Shown: positions 9,401 to 24,400 of the stretch, one piece after another | Layout: each line of letters starts with the position of its first letter | How positions within the stretch are numbered: position 1 is the first letter of the stretch | Assembly (NCBI GenBank): GCA_964521165.1 | Contig: CAZFRA010000003.1 | Span: 10,076-74,075, forward strand | Reading direction: 5' to 3' | DNA: 64,000 nucleotides | Origin: an uncultured Lachnospiraceae bacterium | GTDB lineage: Bacteria; Bacillota; Clostridia; Christensenellales; UBA1242 | Made by a program: the position numbers and the translations under genes | The notes under the pieces: model-generated | Told to the model about the DNA's origin: nothing | Databases searched by the model: none | Seen by the model: only the letters and a program-made list of their open reading frames with translations

Positions 9401-12400
9401 CACGGGTTCAATGTGAATCTAGCGTCAAGACCTAGTTCGGTTTATAAAAATGGTTATACTTTCACTAACTGGACTGATACTAATGGTTCAACAAATTACG
9501 ATTTTGGAGCATCTTATTCTAACAATGCTTCAGTTGTTTTAATTCCAAACTACACAGCAAGAACGATAAATTTTGTGATTAATGCCAACACAATTGAAGA
9601 TGCGGACTATAATGTTGAAGTTGCAAGTTATACTGTTTCGGCATTATATGGTAATACAACTTTAAATGAAGGATTCAGTATTCCAATTGTTTCTGTTGTG
9701 GATGAAGATAGAGAAACTGTTACAAATATTATTGTGTGGTTTGTTTATTTTGACGGCACAACAGAATATGAACTCATCAATGGTCAAAGTGCAACAATGG
9801 ATAGCGGGTGGTATACATATTTATTATTAGATTCAGATTTGTTTGGCGGCTCTAACGATAGTGATGCAGTGACAATTACTTTTAGTGCAGAGGAAGGCTC
9901 GGGCAGTTACTATTTAAAATATCAATTTGTAAACTCGACGATTACCTATCAAAATGAAGATGGAGTGGAACAAGGAACAAGTTCTTATAGTTATGATAGT
10001 AATATTACAATAGCTGATTACACTAATTCTGTCTCTAAAAACGGCTATACTTTTACCGGTTGGAAGGTTGTTTCGGTTGATATAGGTAACGGAGCAGTGG
10101 ACGAAACTGGCACAACAGTTGGCGGTTGGACAATTGGAGAAATATTAACAATAACATCTGGCACAATTGAAAACTCTTCTGGAAGACATGGTAATGTTGT
10201 TCTACGACCTGATTATAGTGCGATAACCTACACAATCACATATACAGGTGGAAGTGGTTATGGCACAGCAAATGTTCCAGCCAATGGGTCTTATACAATC
10301 GATAGTGCAACAACATTCACAGATGCATCACGTACCGGATATGAGTTTACCGGTTGGAAGGTTGTTTCGGTTGATATAGGTAACGGAGCAGTGGACGAAA
10401 CTGGCACAACAGTTGGCGGTTGGACAATTGGTGACACATATACTAGAACAACAGAAGATTCAAACTATGGCGATATTGTTTTGGAAGCGCAATGGAGTGC
10501 TATCTCTTATTCAATTCAATACAATTCTGGCATATCTAGCGCAGCATCCATTCCAAACTCAACGTCTTATACAATCGATAGTACAACAACATTCACAGAT
10601 GCATCACGCACTGGCTATATCTTCCAAGGTTGGTATGTTTCAGAAGTTACAATCGATGGTTACACATACACATCAGGAACTTACGGCGGTTGGACGATTG
10701 GTAATGAGTATACAGGAACAGAAGCGGGTCAATACGGTAATATCACTTTGATAGCAATATGGGATCCAATCACATATGACATATCCTTTGATGATAATGC
10801 GAACGACGTAGAAGGCACGACTCCAACTACAATAACTGCAACTTATGATGTTGTAACCACATTACCATTTTCCGATGTTTCTCTTATACGCGCCGGTTAT
10901 ACCTTTAAGGGTTGGGCGAGAGATGCTGATGGTACAGATTTTACCGGCCTATCAACTGATGGAAATGATAACTACATCTACGCAACCAATTTAACAACCA
11001 CAGATGGTGGGACAGTGACTCTTTTTGCTTATTGGGTGGCGGACGTTATCCAAATCCAACTTGATCCAGGCAATGACTACACCATACAAGGAGATACGTA
11101 CATATACTTAATGTATGATGAAGGTTGGTATAGTGACTCATCTGCAACCGACGCAATCACTTCAATCACCATTCCAGTGCGCACCGGCTACACTTTTAAA
11201 GGTTATTACACCGGTGAAGGCGGTGAAGGAACAAAAATTATTGATGCTGACGGCAGTATAATTAGTGGAAATTTAACCTTTACTTCAACATCAACAATTC
11301 TTTATGCTTATTGGGTGGGCAACCTTATTGAAGTGGAGTTGAATTTAAATGATAAAAACAACGGAAATGGCTCGACAGAAGCAAGTCTTTCTGTGACTTA
11401 TGTGGGTGGTGGCGTAGCAGAAATAACAAACAACACGGTTTACATTCGATACGGCTCAACGGAAATGTATGCTGGTAAAAGTGACGCTGATGATACGGAA
11501 GCGGTCGGCGGACAAATTATTGTTACGGCAAGTCGATATGGCTACACTTTTAATGGGTTTACTGCATCATCGGGAACGAGCACTACAATAATCAATAGTA
11601 ATGGTTCTGTTGTGGACAGTGGGTTTACATCTTCCAGTTCCAGCACAACAATTTATGCTTCGTGGACAGCAGAAGAAATTACTATTAACCTTAACTTGAA
11701 CTATGGTGACTTAGCAACAGGAGAATCGACGCCAACCCTCCCTGGCGACGACGAGTCGTTTACAATTACCTTTGACGGAACTGTAGAGTCTAGTTCAATT
11801 CCAATTGCAACGTGGACATCTGATGGTACAACATTATATACCTTTTCAGGTTATGCTACTGCAAGTGGAGTTCTTATTATCAACTCTGACGGCAGTTTGG
11901 TGGCAAATGTGTCGGGTTATACTGACGAAAATGGCAACTGGATTTACGTACCAGATGATTTGTCTACAACAGTGACTCTTTACGCACAATGGACGGCTTA
12001 TGAAATTGGTGTGGCCTTTAGCCCTAATGGTTCTGGTGCAACAATTAACGGATCTTCAGAGACATACACTTGTGACATTTCGCTTTCCGATGGTTTTGAT
12101 TTTGCAGAAGTAAGCAACAAAACAGTTAGGAATGGATATAGATTGCTTGGTTGGGCCACATCCGAAACTGCAGGAAGTCCAACATATTCCACAAGTTATT
12201 CATTTGCTGCAAACAGCGCCGAGTTAGAACGGTTCTTGGTTTCAGGTCAAACTCTTTACGCAATTTGGGAGATAATAGAATATACAATCACTTTCGACCT
12301 ACAAGACGGAGAATGGTCAGCATCAGAAGGACTGACTTTAAATGAATCGAATGAATTAACCTTCACAATCGAGAGAGATCTTTCGAGTATTTCTGTGACA

Positions 12401-15400
12401 AAAACGGGATATGAGCTTAAAGGTTGGGAAATAACTGCTATTGTTGACGAAACAAACAACTGGGGTTCGGTTGGAGACACTGTTACAAGCCTTGAAAGTG
12501 GATACTATGGTAGTGTTTCTTTGAAAGCAATTTTGTCACCAATAGAGTATACCATAACTTATGATGTTGCTGACGGCGACGCTCTTGCAGACAACACAGA
12601 AAGATACACCATTGAAACTGACTTAACTTTGGTAACGCCAACACGCGCTGGCCATAAGTTTTTATACTGGACGGTTTCTTCTGAAGTTGGAAACTGGACT
12701 GAAAGTATTGAATATAGTGGATATGTTGGCACCGGAATGTATGGCAATGTCACACTTATTGCACAATGGGAAGCAATAACATACACCATAAATTTGGTAG
12801 ATTTGCAATTTGTTGATTATATCACCTTGTCATCTTTTGACACTGGTGTAACAGCAGGCTCGAGCGTGGAAATTTATTTGGAATTCTCTGGTTCTGGCGA
12901 AGTTTTGACAAATACCACTTTTGGTTTTAACACAACAAGCAGTACTGTTTACTATGGTTCTCTTTCAGGAGCATTTACAACAGCAGTATCATCGGGAACA
13001 CAAATTCTTTATATTGGAAATAGCGGAGCGGTTCTAAACACAGCAATAAACAACATTTCGTTTGCAAGTGCAAGCGGGTTTTCAGGAAATGTTGTTTTGG
13101 GAGCCGTTAGCGTTTATCGTTTCAAAATTTGGGAAAACGGAACGCTTACGCACGACTATATGCCAACAATCACTTCCAACGGGCAAGTTGGATTGTATGA
13201 CCTTGTGACAGGTGTGTTCACGGCAATTACTGGTGCAACGGCGGCAAGCACCTATCTTGGCGATACTTACACATCTCGCACCACCACAACAACTTCTGTT
13301 GTTTTTGCAGGTTCGTTTAGCAACACGCCAAGTACAGCAAACTCGCCAACTGGTTTTAGATTTATTGGTTGGGCAAATGCTGACGGAGAACTTGTTATCA
13401 CTTTCGACTCCAACAATAGTGCGTCGTTGGTGGCAAATGTGTCGGGTTATACTGACGAATATGGCAACTGGGCTTTGGCAGACAACACAACTCTTTATGC
13501 TGCTTTTGAAGCAATATCTTACTCTGTGACAGTTTATTATTCTTCGGCACAAGTTACAAACTCAATCGACTTAAATATCGGTTTGTCCAACTTCTCGTTT
13601 GGTAGTGAATCTGAATCCGTGAGCTCTAACGGGACATTTACGGCAACACGTGACTTCTTGAATACAGGCTTGACATTAACAATCACGGCATCGGAAAACT
13701 ATTATATTGTTATTGGCACATCTTCTAATAACATCAGTTATGATAGCGCTTTGGCGAGCAGGGGAACGGCAACTTACACTTGGACGCCAACGAGCAACTT
13801 AACCCTTTATGTTGCAGTATATCAAATATACACAATCACATATAATGCGAATGGCGGAACAAACCCACCAAATGCATCCGAAAAAGTTCACGGCGTTTCA
13901 ATTACTCTTGCAGATGCATCGTCAATGGTTAACAACGGCTTCACCTTCCAAGGTTGGAGCACGAGCATCACAGATGGTAGTGTGAATTATGACAACGAAG
14001 CAACCTTTGTCGAGAACGGTGACACAACTCTCTATGCGGTTTGGGAAGCAATCACTTACCATATAACCTATGTTGCAAACGGCGGTGGTTTCTTCAGTGA
14101 AAGTGGTGGTTATGGTGACACAATTGAAGGCGAAACTGTTGTGGTGGAATACACGGTTGAAGATGAAGTTATTCTTTTTGGTGATATCTTCTCGACCGGC
14201 GCTACCGACCAATATGAAAAATATGTCAGAGTTTATAAGAATGGTTATACATTGGTATTTTGGGAATTGTCATATAACGCTGCTGGTGGTATCTCCGGTT
14301 GGTCGGCATCACAAAACGACAGATATAATCCATTCTTTACAATTTTAGAAAATGATGTATACTACGGCGATGTGACTTTAACAGCAGTTTGGTCAGAAAC
14401 TCCGATAACCTACACAATCACATATGATGTTAATGGCGGCGGCGCTCTTGCAAACAACACACAAGGATACACCATTGAAACTGACTTAACTTTGGTAACA
14501 CCAACACGCGACGGTTATTCTTTTACCGGCTGGCAACTTGACACAACAACTGGTGTAACTGGCACGGCAGACGGCTCAGATGGTAACTGGACTAATGGTT
14601 CAACAAATTATAAAGATAATATCGGCACAGGCTTCCACGGCAATGTTACACTTGTGGCACAATGGAGCGTTATAAACGATTATACAATTGTGTATGATCC
14701 AAACGGCGGTACTCTTTCAGGAGCCACATCTGGCACATATGGAATTAACAACTCAATCATTTTACCAGATTCGGAAACAATCGCACGCGATGGCTATACT
14801 TTTACCGGTTGGAAGGTTATCTCGGTTGATATAGGTAACGGTGAAGTAACAGATACTGGTGAAATAGTTGGCGGTTGGGAAGTTGGTGAGACATATACCG
14901 GCACGATTGAAGCGGGTAAGTACGGCAATATCAGATTGGAAGCACAATGGGCGGTCGCTTCAACATCCTACACAATCAATATCTACACACAAACTCTCGA
15001 CACCTACAACACAATGGCATCACTTACTGGAACGGCATATACTGAAACAGTTATTGATTCCACCTTCTTGACAAGCGTTTTGTCAGTTGTGGCAGGTAGT
15101 AATGTTAATTTGAACGGTTTCTATATCGGTAGCGACGGTGTTCTTACACTTAATGATGATTATACTATTTCTGACACTGTGGAAATTGGCGGTTATCAGA
15201 CAATTGCAGGCTCAGGAACGGTTATCAACCTTTACTATAAATACGAAACCTACACGATCACATACACAACAACTTACGGTAGTTTTACTGACGGCTACAC
15301 ACAAACTTATAATATCTACACTTTTGTGAACGGGCTCACTCTCTTCATCAGTCCTGACAACGTTGCCTACACAGCATACGATTTGTCTGGGTGGACTATT

Positions 15401-18400
15401 TTAGAGTCGAGTGCCGGCTACATTTCTTGGACAGCAGCATTCGGTACTGGCACATATTCTAGTATTTTGGGTGGCTCAGGTTATAATATAGACTCAACAA
15501 GAGCGTATGGCGATGTGACTTTGACGGCAGTTTGGGAAGCGACTACCTACACAATCACATACGATGTTAATAGCGGCGACGCTCTTTCAAACAACACAGC
15601 AAGCTATACTATTGAAGACACATTCACTTTGGTAACACCAATGCGCACTGGCTTCGCATTTGACGGTTGGAGACCAGAGTCAACTGTTGGTAGTTGGAAT
15701 AGTGGCACAACATACAGCGGTCAAGTTTCTGGAATGTATGGTAATGTCACACTTGTTGCTCAATGGTCACCATTGAAAGTTTTGGTTAATATCGACCTTA
15801 ATGACTCAACTGCAAAAACAGCTTCAAGTTCTGCAAACGGCTCAACGGCGGTAACTGATGCCACAATGCTTTCTTATGAAACATACGGCGTATATATTGA
15901 ATACAACAGTAAAAACATATATTCCGACAGCGCCGGAGAGAATCTAATTGCCAGTCTTGTACCAACTCGCGTGGGATATGAATTTGTAGGATTTGCTTTG
16001 TCGGTAGGCGGTAATGCTATTATCGATGCAAACGGCACCCTTTTGAACGACTGGACAACGGAAATCGACACTAATGCTGGCACCAATGGTGCATTAACTT
16101 TGTATGCTTTGTGGACAGCAAAAACCTACACAATCATTTTCAACAGTAACGATAGCGCGCAAAGTACAACATCTCAAACTTTCACATTTGACGGCACAGC
16201 ACAAACATTAACAGCAAACGGATTTACACGCACCGGCTATACCTTCCAAGGTTGGGCGCTCTTCTCAACGGGAGAAAGCGTGGTTTTCCTTACTGACGAA
16301 GAAAGTTTTGCCTTTAATGCAACCACACTTGAAAGTATTACAACGGCGGGCGGCTCAATCGGCGCAAACGATTCACTCACTCTCTATGCGGTTTGGGCGG
16401 CGCTCACAATCAGCGTAATTTTTAACCTTAATGACGGTGACGGTGGTTCAACATCGGCATACTTTAACAACGACCCAAGTCTTATCACTCTCACAATGAC
16501 GGTGAGATATGATAGAACATTTAGCGAACTTACAAACTCTGGAGAAGTGGCAGCAACCGGCGTGCCAGTTGTGACGCGATATGGTTATATTGACGCAGGT
16601 TGGTTCACTAGTTCAGACGGCGCTGGTTTGCAAATGACTGCGGAAACATCTGTTAGTGATTTTGAAGATTATATTATTAATTGGGGTTCCACTCCAACTT
16701 TAACACTCTATGTTCAATGGACGGCACTCTCAATTGTTGTGGTTTATAATTCAAACTATGGCACAGAAAGTAGCACCTACACGGCAGCAACAAATGCCAC
16801 ATTTGATAGTTCATACACAATTATAGGTTACGACAGTATTACTAGTTTTACGGCACGCACCGGCTACACTTTCGCGGGCTGGAACACAAGCGCGGATGGC
16901 AATGGCACTTCGGTTAGTGTGGGGGATTTAGATCCATTCAACTTGCCATATGTCACAAGTTTAGACAGTTCACAATATATTTACACCACCACGCTTTATG
17001 CTCAATGGACGCCAAATCCTTTCACAATCACTCTTGATGGAAACGACACCGATGAGAACCCAACAACTTATGTGTTTGGGTATAGCGAAAGTGATGCGAC
17101 GATTTCCACAGACTATTCTCAAACTGTCATCTTGACAGCAATCTATGAAAGAGAAGGTTATACCTTCCAAGGTTGGGCTACATCCGAAACCGCAGAAACT
17201 CCAGAATATAACAGCACAACTTCTTATGAAGCAAGCATATTTTATGCATTAATAAGCACATACGACGCAAACAACACCAATATCACGCTTTATGCAGTTT
17301 GGGAAGCAGACCCGGTTACTATCACAATCAACTTCTATTATGAAACATTGACAAGTGCAAGAAATGGCTCGCAAACCGACGACACGACTTTGAATACAAG
17401 TTACTATGCTTTTGACTCACATGATTCATCTTTGACATTTGATGCGGGCACAGAACTTACAACAAGCCAACTTGAAGAATGGGCAGATAGTTTCATTTTA
17501 AGTTTAGAAACAAGAGCAGCATACAAAGGCTATACCACTTCGGGCGACAACAACAGCCTTGTCGTTCTCGGTGATGGCTCTCTTGAAATCAATCTATACT
17601 TCACTCGCGGAAGTTATGAGTTAACTATCAATGTTGGCACTGGAATTTCTTCCGTTACCGTGACGAGTCAAACAACATCTTCGGCAATTACTGGCACGAC
17701 TTCTGGAAGTGCAATAACATATACTATATATTACGGCGAAACCATCACTCTTTCAGCAGCAAGCAATGCAGGTTACGGCGACCCTATCTTTACTGAAAAT
17801 AGTGACCCACTCGCTAGCGCTCAACTCACAATCATAAGCGACAGAGAGATTAGTGTTTATGCAAATCCACAAGTTGTTCAATATACCGTGAGAGTTTATA
17901 TCGAAGGGTTGGACGGCGAATACAGTATATATACAGGTGATTATACTCAAACTTTGGAAGGTTTGACTGATACAGAAGTGATTTTTACATATAATAGTCC
18001 TAGCATTACTCTTTCAGCATCGGGCAGTGACACCACGGCAACTTACACAATCACTGGTTTCACATATAGTAAATATAATGTCGGTAATGATGTGGGTGTT
18101 AATGGTGAAAATACTGACCGTACAATCGCAGGCGACGAAAGTTTGATTATCAACCTATACTTCACACGCAATTCGTATAACCTTACTTTAACAGCAGGCA
18201 CCGGAATTGTAAGCGTGACTGCTGGCGACTCAACTGGCATTGAAATAACAATCAGTGTGAGATATCAAGATACAGTAACGATATCCGCAGTGGTTAGCGG
18301 TGGTTATTCGTTCTCCACTTGGACTTATAACACTGTTGCTGGCTTTACAATCTCTTCTATAGCAAGCAGTGAAACAACCATAACAATGGGTGCAGGCGAA

Positions 18401-21400
18401 AACACTTTAACTGCAAACGCAGCGATTGTTTCGTATTATGTTACCTATTCAGCAGGCAGTCTTAATGTGGTAGACGAAGGAATAAGTCTTCCATCAAGTG
18501 AAAGTTATTACGTTACAACCGACCTAACTCTTAGCTCTTCTTACCGCACCGGCTACAACTTTGTAGGTTATTACGTGGTTAGCGTCACAATTAATAATGT
18601 TACCACCAGCACCGACGGCGCAACAGCGGGCGGCTGGACGATTGGTTCCACTATTTATGATAATGAATTAAATGTTGGCACGGGGTATTATGGTAATGTT
18701 ACGCTTGAAGCGGTTTGGATGGCGAATACTTACACAATTGAATATAATATCAACAACGGCACAGGTCAAGTAAGCGACACTAATGCAACTTACGACCAAG
18801 CAATTGCGCTGGAGAGTGTGACTAATGAAATCTCGCGCACTGGCTATACTTTCTCGAATTGGGGTTGGCCATATGCAACCACAAGTGTGACAACAATCAC
18901 AAGCGACGACATTGCTTCATTCGGTGGCAACAATGACCAAGAAATATTGACAAACTACTTAACCACAAACAACAGCGCAAGCGGAATTTATTTCTACGAT
19001 GGCGTGTATTACGCCTTCAATTTAACCGAAACTTCTGGGGGAACAGCAACCGTTTATGCAAATTGGACGCCAAACACTTACACAATCATCTTCTATGGTA
19101 ATGGTGGAGAAACTGAAACAGGTGATACATATTATTATTCACAAGAATTTACTTATGATGTGTCATATTCCACCGGCGCGCCCCTTGCAAGTCAATTCTC
19201 GCGCACGGGCTACACTTTCACGGGCTGGAACACAAGCGCGGATGGCTCTGGCATTGCATATACCGCAAACGATCCGGTTTATAACTTCACAGCCGAAAAT
19301 GGTGGCGAGGTTGAACTTTACGCACAATGGAGTCCAAATAGATATGCATTAACACTTAATGCCGGCAACGGCACTGGCACACACACTGTTGTTTACGCAG
19401 AGTATGCTTCAAACAAACTTTACTCGAACACAACAGACAATATAGAAGTAACACCAACTGCAAATCAAAATGGTTATACTTTTACTGGTTGGTATAATGG
19501 AGATACTCTTGTTATCGATTCAAACGGCACTCTTGTGAGCGACTGGATGACCGATGACGGAGCAACTTTAACAGCGGGATACACAGCAAACACCTACGAA
19601 ATCACACTTAATATAAACACAACAGACAGCGTAACTTGGTTAGGCGTATCGGGCAATGGAACGGCAACAGTTTATTTCACATACGGCTCAACAGCAATTT
19701 ATACTTCCAGAAGCGATGACTATCCATACACAGCAAGTGGCGAAATTGATAGTGTGACTCTTTCAAGAGATGGATATGACTTCCTTGGTTTTGCCACAGC
19801 CGCAAATGCCACAGTAGCCGATGTTATTGGTGCGGACGGCACATTGCTTTCGGCATACTTCACTGCAAGTGACAACACACTTTATGCAGTATGGCAAGTT
19901 AAGCATTATGAATTAACGATTATAATAAATGAACCAGACGAAGGCGTCGTTTCTGGTCTCACCATTTTTGGTGGCGTAGAATCAGAAGAAATTGAAGGTT
20001 CTGGCAATGTTTATTCCATAGCATATGGCTACACTGTTCGTATCAATTACAGTGTAAGCGCTGGCTACACCTTCACAGGTTTTACTGTTTCTGTTTCTGT
20101 TTCTGGGTCAGTAACAATTTCTAACAACGAGTTTATAATGCCGGCAAGTAACCTTACTGTCACACTCAATGTTTCGGCAAATCTTGTTAGTGTATCTTTA
20201 GACGCCAACGATACTGACGGTGCAACAAAAGTAAGCAATCTTCCTTATTCTGTTGTTTATATTGAATATAACCGAACAAATATTTATGCTTCCAGAAGCG
20301 ATGACTATCCATACACAGCAAGCGGCGACGTGTTAACAAGCCTTGTTCCAACGCGCGCTGGCTACACCTTTAAGGGCTGGGCAACTTCGCCAACTGGAAC
20401 ACCGATAACATATGAAAGCGGTATGCTGATAAGTGCGTGGACAACTTCAACAGTGGACGGCACAACACTCTACGCAATTTGGGAAGCAAACACAAACACA
20501 TCATTCACAATACACTACTATTTGCAAAATATTGATTATGATGAGATAACTTATTCATATGTAGAAACTTATAATACTTCCGGCACAGGCACGACCGACA
20601 ATGATGTTGATATTTCGACATATACAACAGGAATTACAGGGTTTAGTTATTCTCACTATGTAACAAACAACAGTGATTCTACATCATTAAATCTCGCCGG
20701 TGGCGGCGATCTTATTATCTCGTTATACTTCACTCGCCTTACATCAACTTTAACAATCGACCTTGGTTATGGTGGAACATCCACATCAGTTCAAAGATTC
20801 TATGGTGATGACTACGAGATAACCAATCCAACTCGTGACGGCTACACCTTTACTGGTTGGTCAGGTAGCGGCGAAAATTTGACGGCAGGTAACGGAAGTT
20901 ACACCTACACTTTTGTTGAAACAAACGAAACAATCACGGCTCAATGGACGGCAAACGAAACCACAATCACTTTATCGGCATTAAGTGGCGATACAGGTGT
21001 TACAATCGGATACACAACAATATATATTAAATACGCCACAAGCCAATTCTATATCTACAACGGCGACGAAACCGAAACGGTAACTCCAACCGCTTCAAAA
21101 ACAGCGTATGATTTAGAAGGGTTCTACACTGCAGGTAACGAATTGATTATCACATCGCTTGGCGCACTTAATGGAACACAATGGACGATAACAGCCGCTT
21201 CCATTACTTTATACGCGCACTTCTCAGCGCACGAATACACAATCACATATAATGCTGGCGACGGCACACCAACGGCGACAACAGATACTTACACCATTGA
21301 AGATACATTCACTTTGGCAACCGCCGATCTCCTTGGCTATAATTTTGGCGGTTGGACAGTGTACACAGCGGACGGCAATTGGAGCGAAACCGAAACATAC

Positions 21401-24400
21401 AACGGTCAAGTTTCTGGAATGTATGGCGATGTCACGCTTATTGCACAATGGACGCCAATCACTTACACAATAAATTATAGCGCAAATGATAGCGGGCTTA
21501 TTGGAGAGGCAACAAGTTCAACTCAGAGCACGCAAGAAACTTATAATGTAAGTGTGACAATCCAAGAAAACGGCTTCATTTTAACGGGTTATGAATTTGT
21601 TGAATGGAACACGGAACCAGACGGCAGTGGTGACTCGTATGAAGCGGGAGAATCATATTCTGTAAACTTCTGCTCCAAAGACGGCGACAGCATCACACTT
21701 TACGCAATTTGGGAAATCCAATCATACACTCTCACAGTTGAAGAGTTAACAACCGGCGTGGCAAGCGTGTCGGTGTCAGGCGCTGGCGTGACAGTAAGAA
21801 ATATTGATCAATATGGCGTTGGCACATATACAGTTGTTTATGGCTCAACCGTGACCTTAACAGCAACATATACAGACGGTTATATGTTTGGTAGTTGGAC
21901 GATCACTGGTGAGACATCTTTACAAGGAACAGATATTTATACCGACACCTACTCAATGCCAGCAGAAAATGTTTCTGTTCAGGCAAATGCAAGACCAATT
22001 GAATATTTAATTATTTACTATTCAAATGGCGGAACTATTACAGTTGGCAGTGTTTCTTACGACACATATTATGAAGTTGAAATTGATTATATGGACACAA
22101 CAACAATTTTGGCAGCAAGCGATACAGTTTCCTTCACCAGAACGGGTTACACCTTCCTTGGTTGGTCAACAAGCAGCACGGCAGAAGTGGCAGACGAAAC
22201 TTACGCTCCAGGCGAAGATTACATGCACACAACAGTTGGTTCTTTCTCTCTCTATGCGGTTTGGAAAGCAAACACCTACACTGTAACTTACTATGCTGAC
22301 GGTACAGAAGGAGCGGCTTCTTATTCAGACACAAATGCAACTTATAACTCTCAATACACCATTTTAGGTAACGACACAACAGGATTCTCAAAAACGGGCT
22401 ATCACTTTGTTGGTTGGGCAACAAGTGGAGAAAATGCTCTCAACGGCATTGTGCAATATTCAGCGGACACAAGTTTCTCATATTCAACAGATGGCGGAAT
22501 GACGCTCTATGCGGTATGGGAAGGAAATGAATATACTATCAACTACGATATCAATTTGGGTTCTTATTACCACACAACTTACAGCGGTTCAACTCTGAGC
22601 ACAACCGCAGTTTATGACAAAAGTGTGACAATCCAAGCAAACGATTTCACTTTAACGGGTTATGAATTTGTTGAATGGAACACGCAACCAGACGGCAATG
22701 GTGACTCGTATGAAGCGGGAGAACCAGTTTCTGTAAACTTCTGCACAGGCGAAGGCAGTGACACAAGTGTGACACTCTATGCAATTTGGCGGGCAATCGA
22801 TTACACAATCACAGTTGTTGATGACAGCGCAAAAGGTGAGGATGCAGTGACAGGAACCATCATAACGGTTTACTTCGGCACAGCATATAACTCAACAATC
22901 TTGACAAATTATAGCGCTTACACACGCGCTGGCTACACCTTGTCAGGTTTCTATATCAGCGGCACAGAAACAATGTTGATAACAAGCGCAGGTTTGTTTG
23001 TGGCTGGTGTGACTGGCTATATCGACAATGATGACGGTGATTATATCTATTGCTATGCAGGCAATATCACAGTCACAGCAATTTACACAGCCAACCCATA
23101 TATCGTCAACTTTGATGTTAATCCAAGAGAAAACGACGAAGAAAATATAAGCATTTCCGTAACAAGCAAAACGGTTTACCAAGATTCAACATATGCTGGC
23201 ACTGACGGTGTTTGGCCAGAACCAGTTTATGAAGGTTATTACTTCTTCGGTTGGTCAACACAAAACGATTATGTTGTTTACCACTTGTATAGTTCGGGCG
23301 CAGAAGAAGCTTATTATAACCTAAGTTTTGAAGCAATTTTCGGAAGCACTTGGCTGGAATATGTAACAAGTGAAAGTGTAGCAAGTACCTATATTTATGA
23401 ATACACAACCATAGACGAAAACCAAATCGAATCAACTATTCAATTCGTATTCATTAAGACCGAAGCGCTTGCCGAAAATTTTGAAGCATCTTCAATTAGC
23501 GACATTCTTTACACAGTCGAAGAAGTTGAATCCTTCACTGTGGAAGCGGGTGATACTGTGGACGGAACAAGTTGGGGCGACAATGATGACGACGGCATTG
23601 CAGACATCACGCTCTACGCAATGTGGATTGGTCGAAACGATATTGAATACACAATCTACTATTTGCTTGAAGATATTGAATATTCTAGCAGTGCAACAGA
23701 ATTTATTGAAAAAAATGCTGATGGTTCATATCCTTCTTACAATTTGGTTGTGAATAGTAAATTGAATTATGAGGGTGTTACATACACAGTTGCCCAAACT
23801 GAAAAACTCTCCAACGCTTTGGTTAGCGATAATGTTCAAAACTATATCCGCGCATACGAATATACCGGATTTGTGTATTATGCATATGAATATGTGAACG
23901 ACACAATTTCATCGAACAACACAACAATCATCTTTGCGTTCTATACTCGACAAACTTACACCTTAAATCTTTTCGCAGGCAATGGAATTGCTGCAGTTTC
24001 GGCAAGTGGTGCCGGTGTGTCGGGTGAAGAGGGTGTATACCAAGTTAAGTATGGAGCAGCAGTGACGCTCTCGGCAACGCCAAGCGCGGGTTACACTTTT
24101 GAAGATTGGACGCAAACATCTTCCGACCAAGCACAAGTAAGTATATCCAATAATACATTCACAATGAATGTTACTTCAACCGTCAACTTAACGGCAACAG
24201 CCACAGCAAACAGCGATACTGAATATACCATTGAATATTGGTTTGAAACTTTGGATGGCGGATTTGAACAAATATCAACTTTGCAGGAAGATATTACTGA
24301 AACAGGCACAACTGACACATCACTTCCAATCAATACCTACACAATTAATTCATTTGCTGGTTATAGTTATGCTTATTATGTTTCTTACTCCACCACCGAC

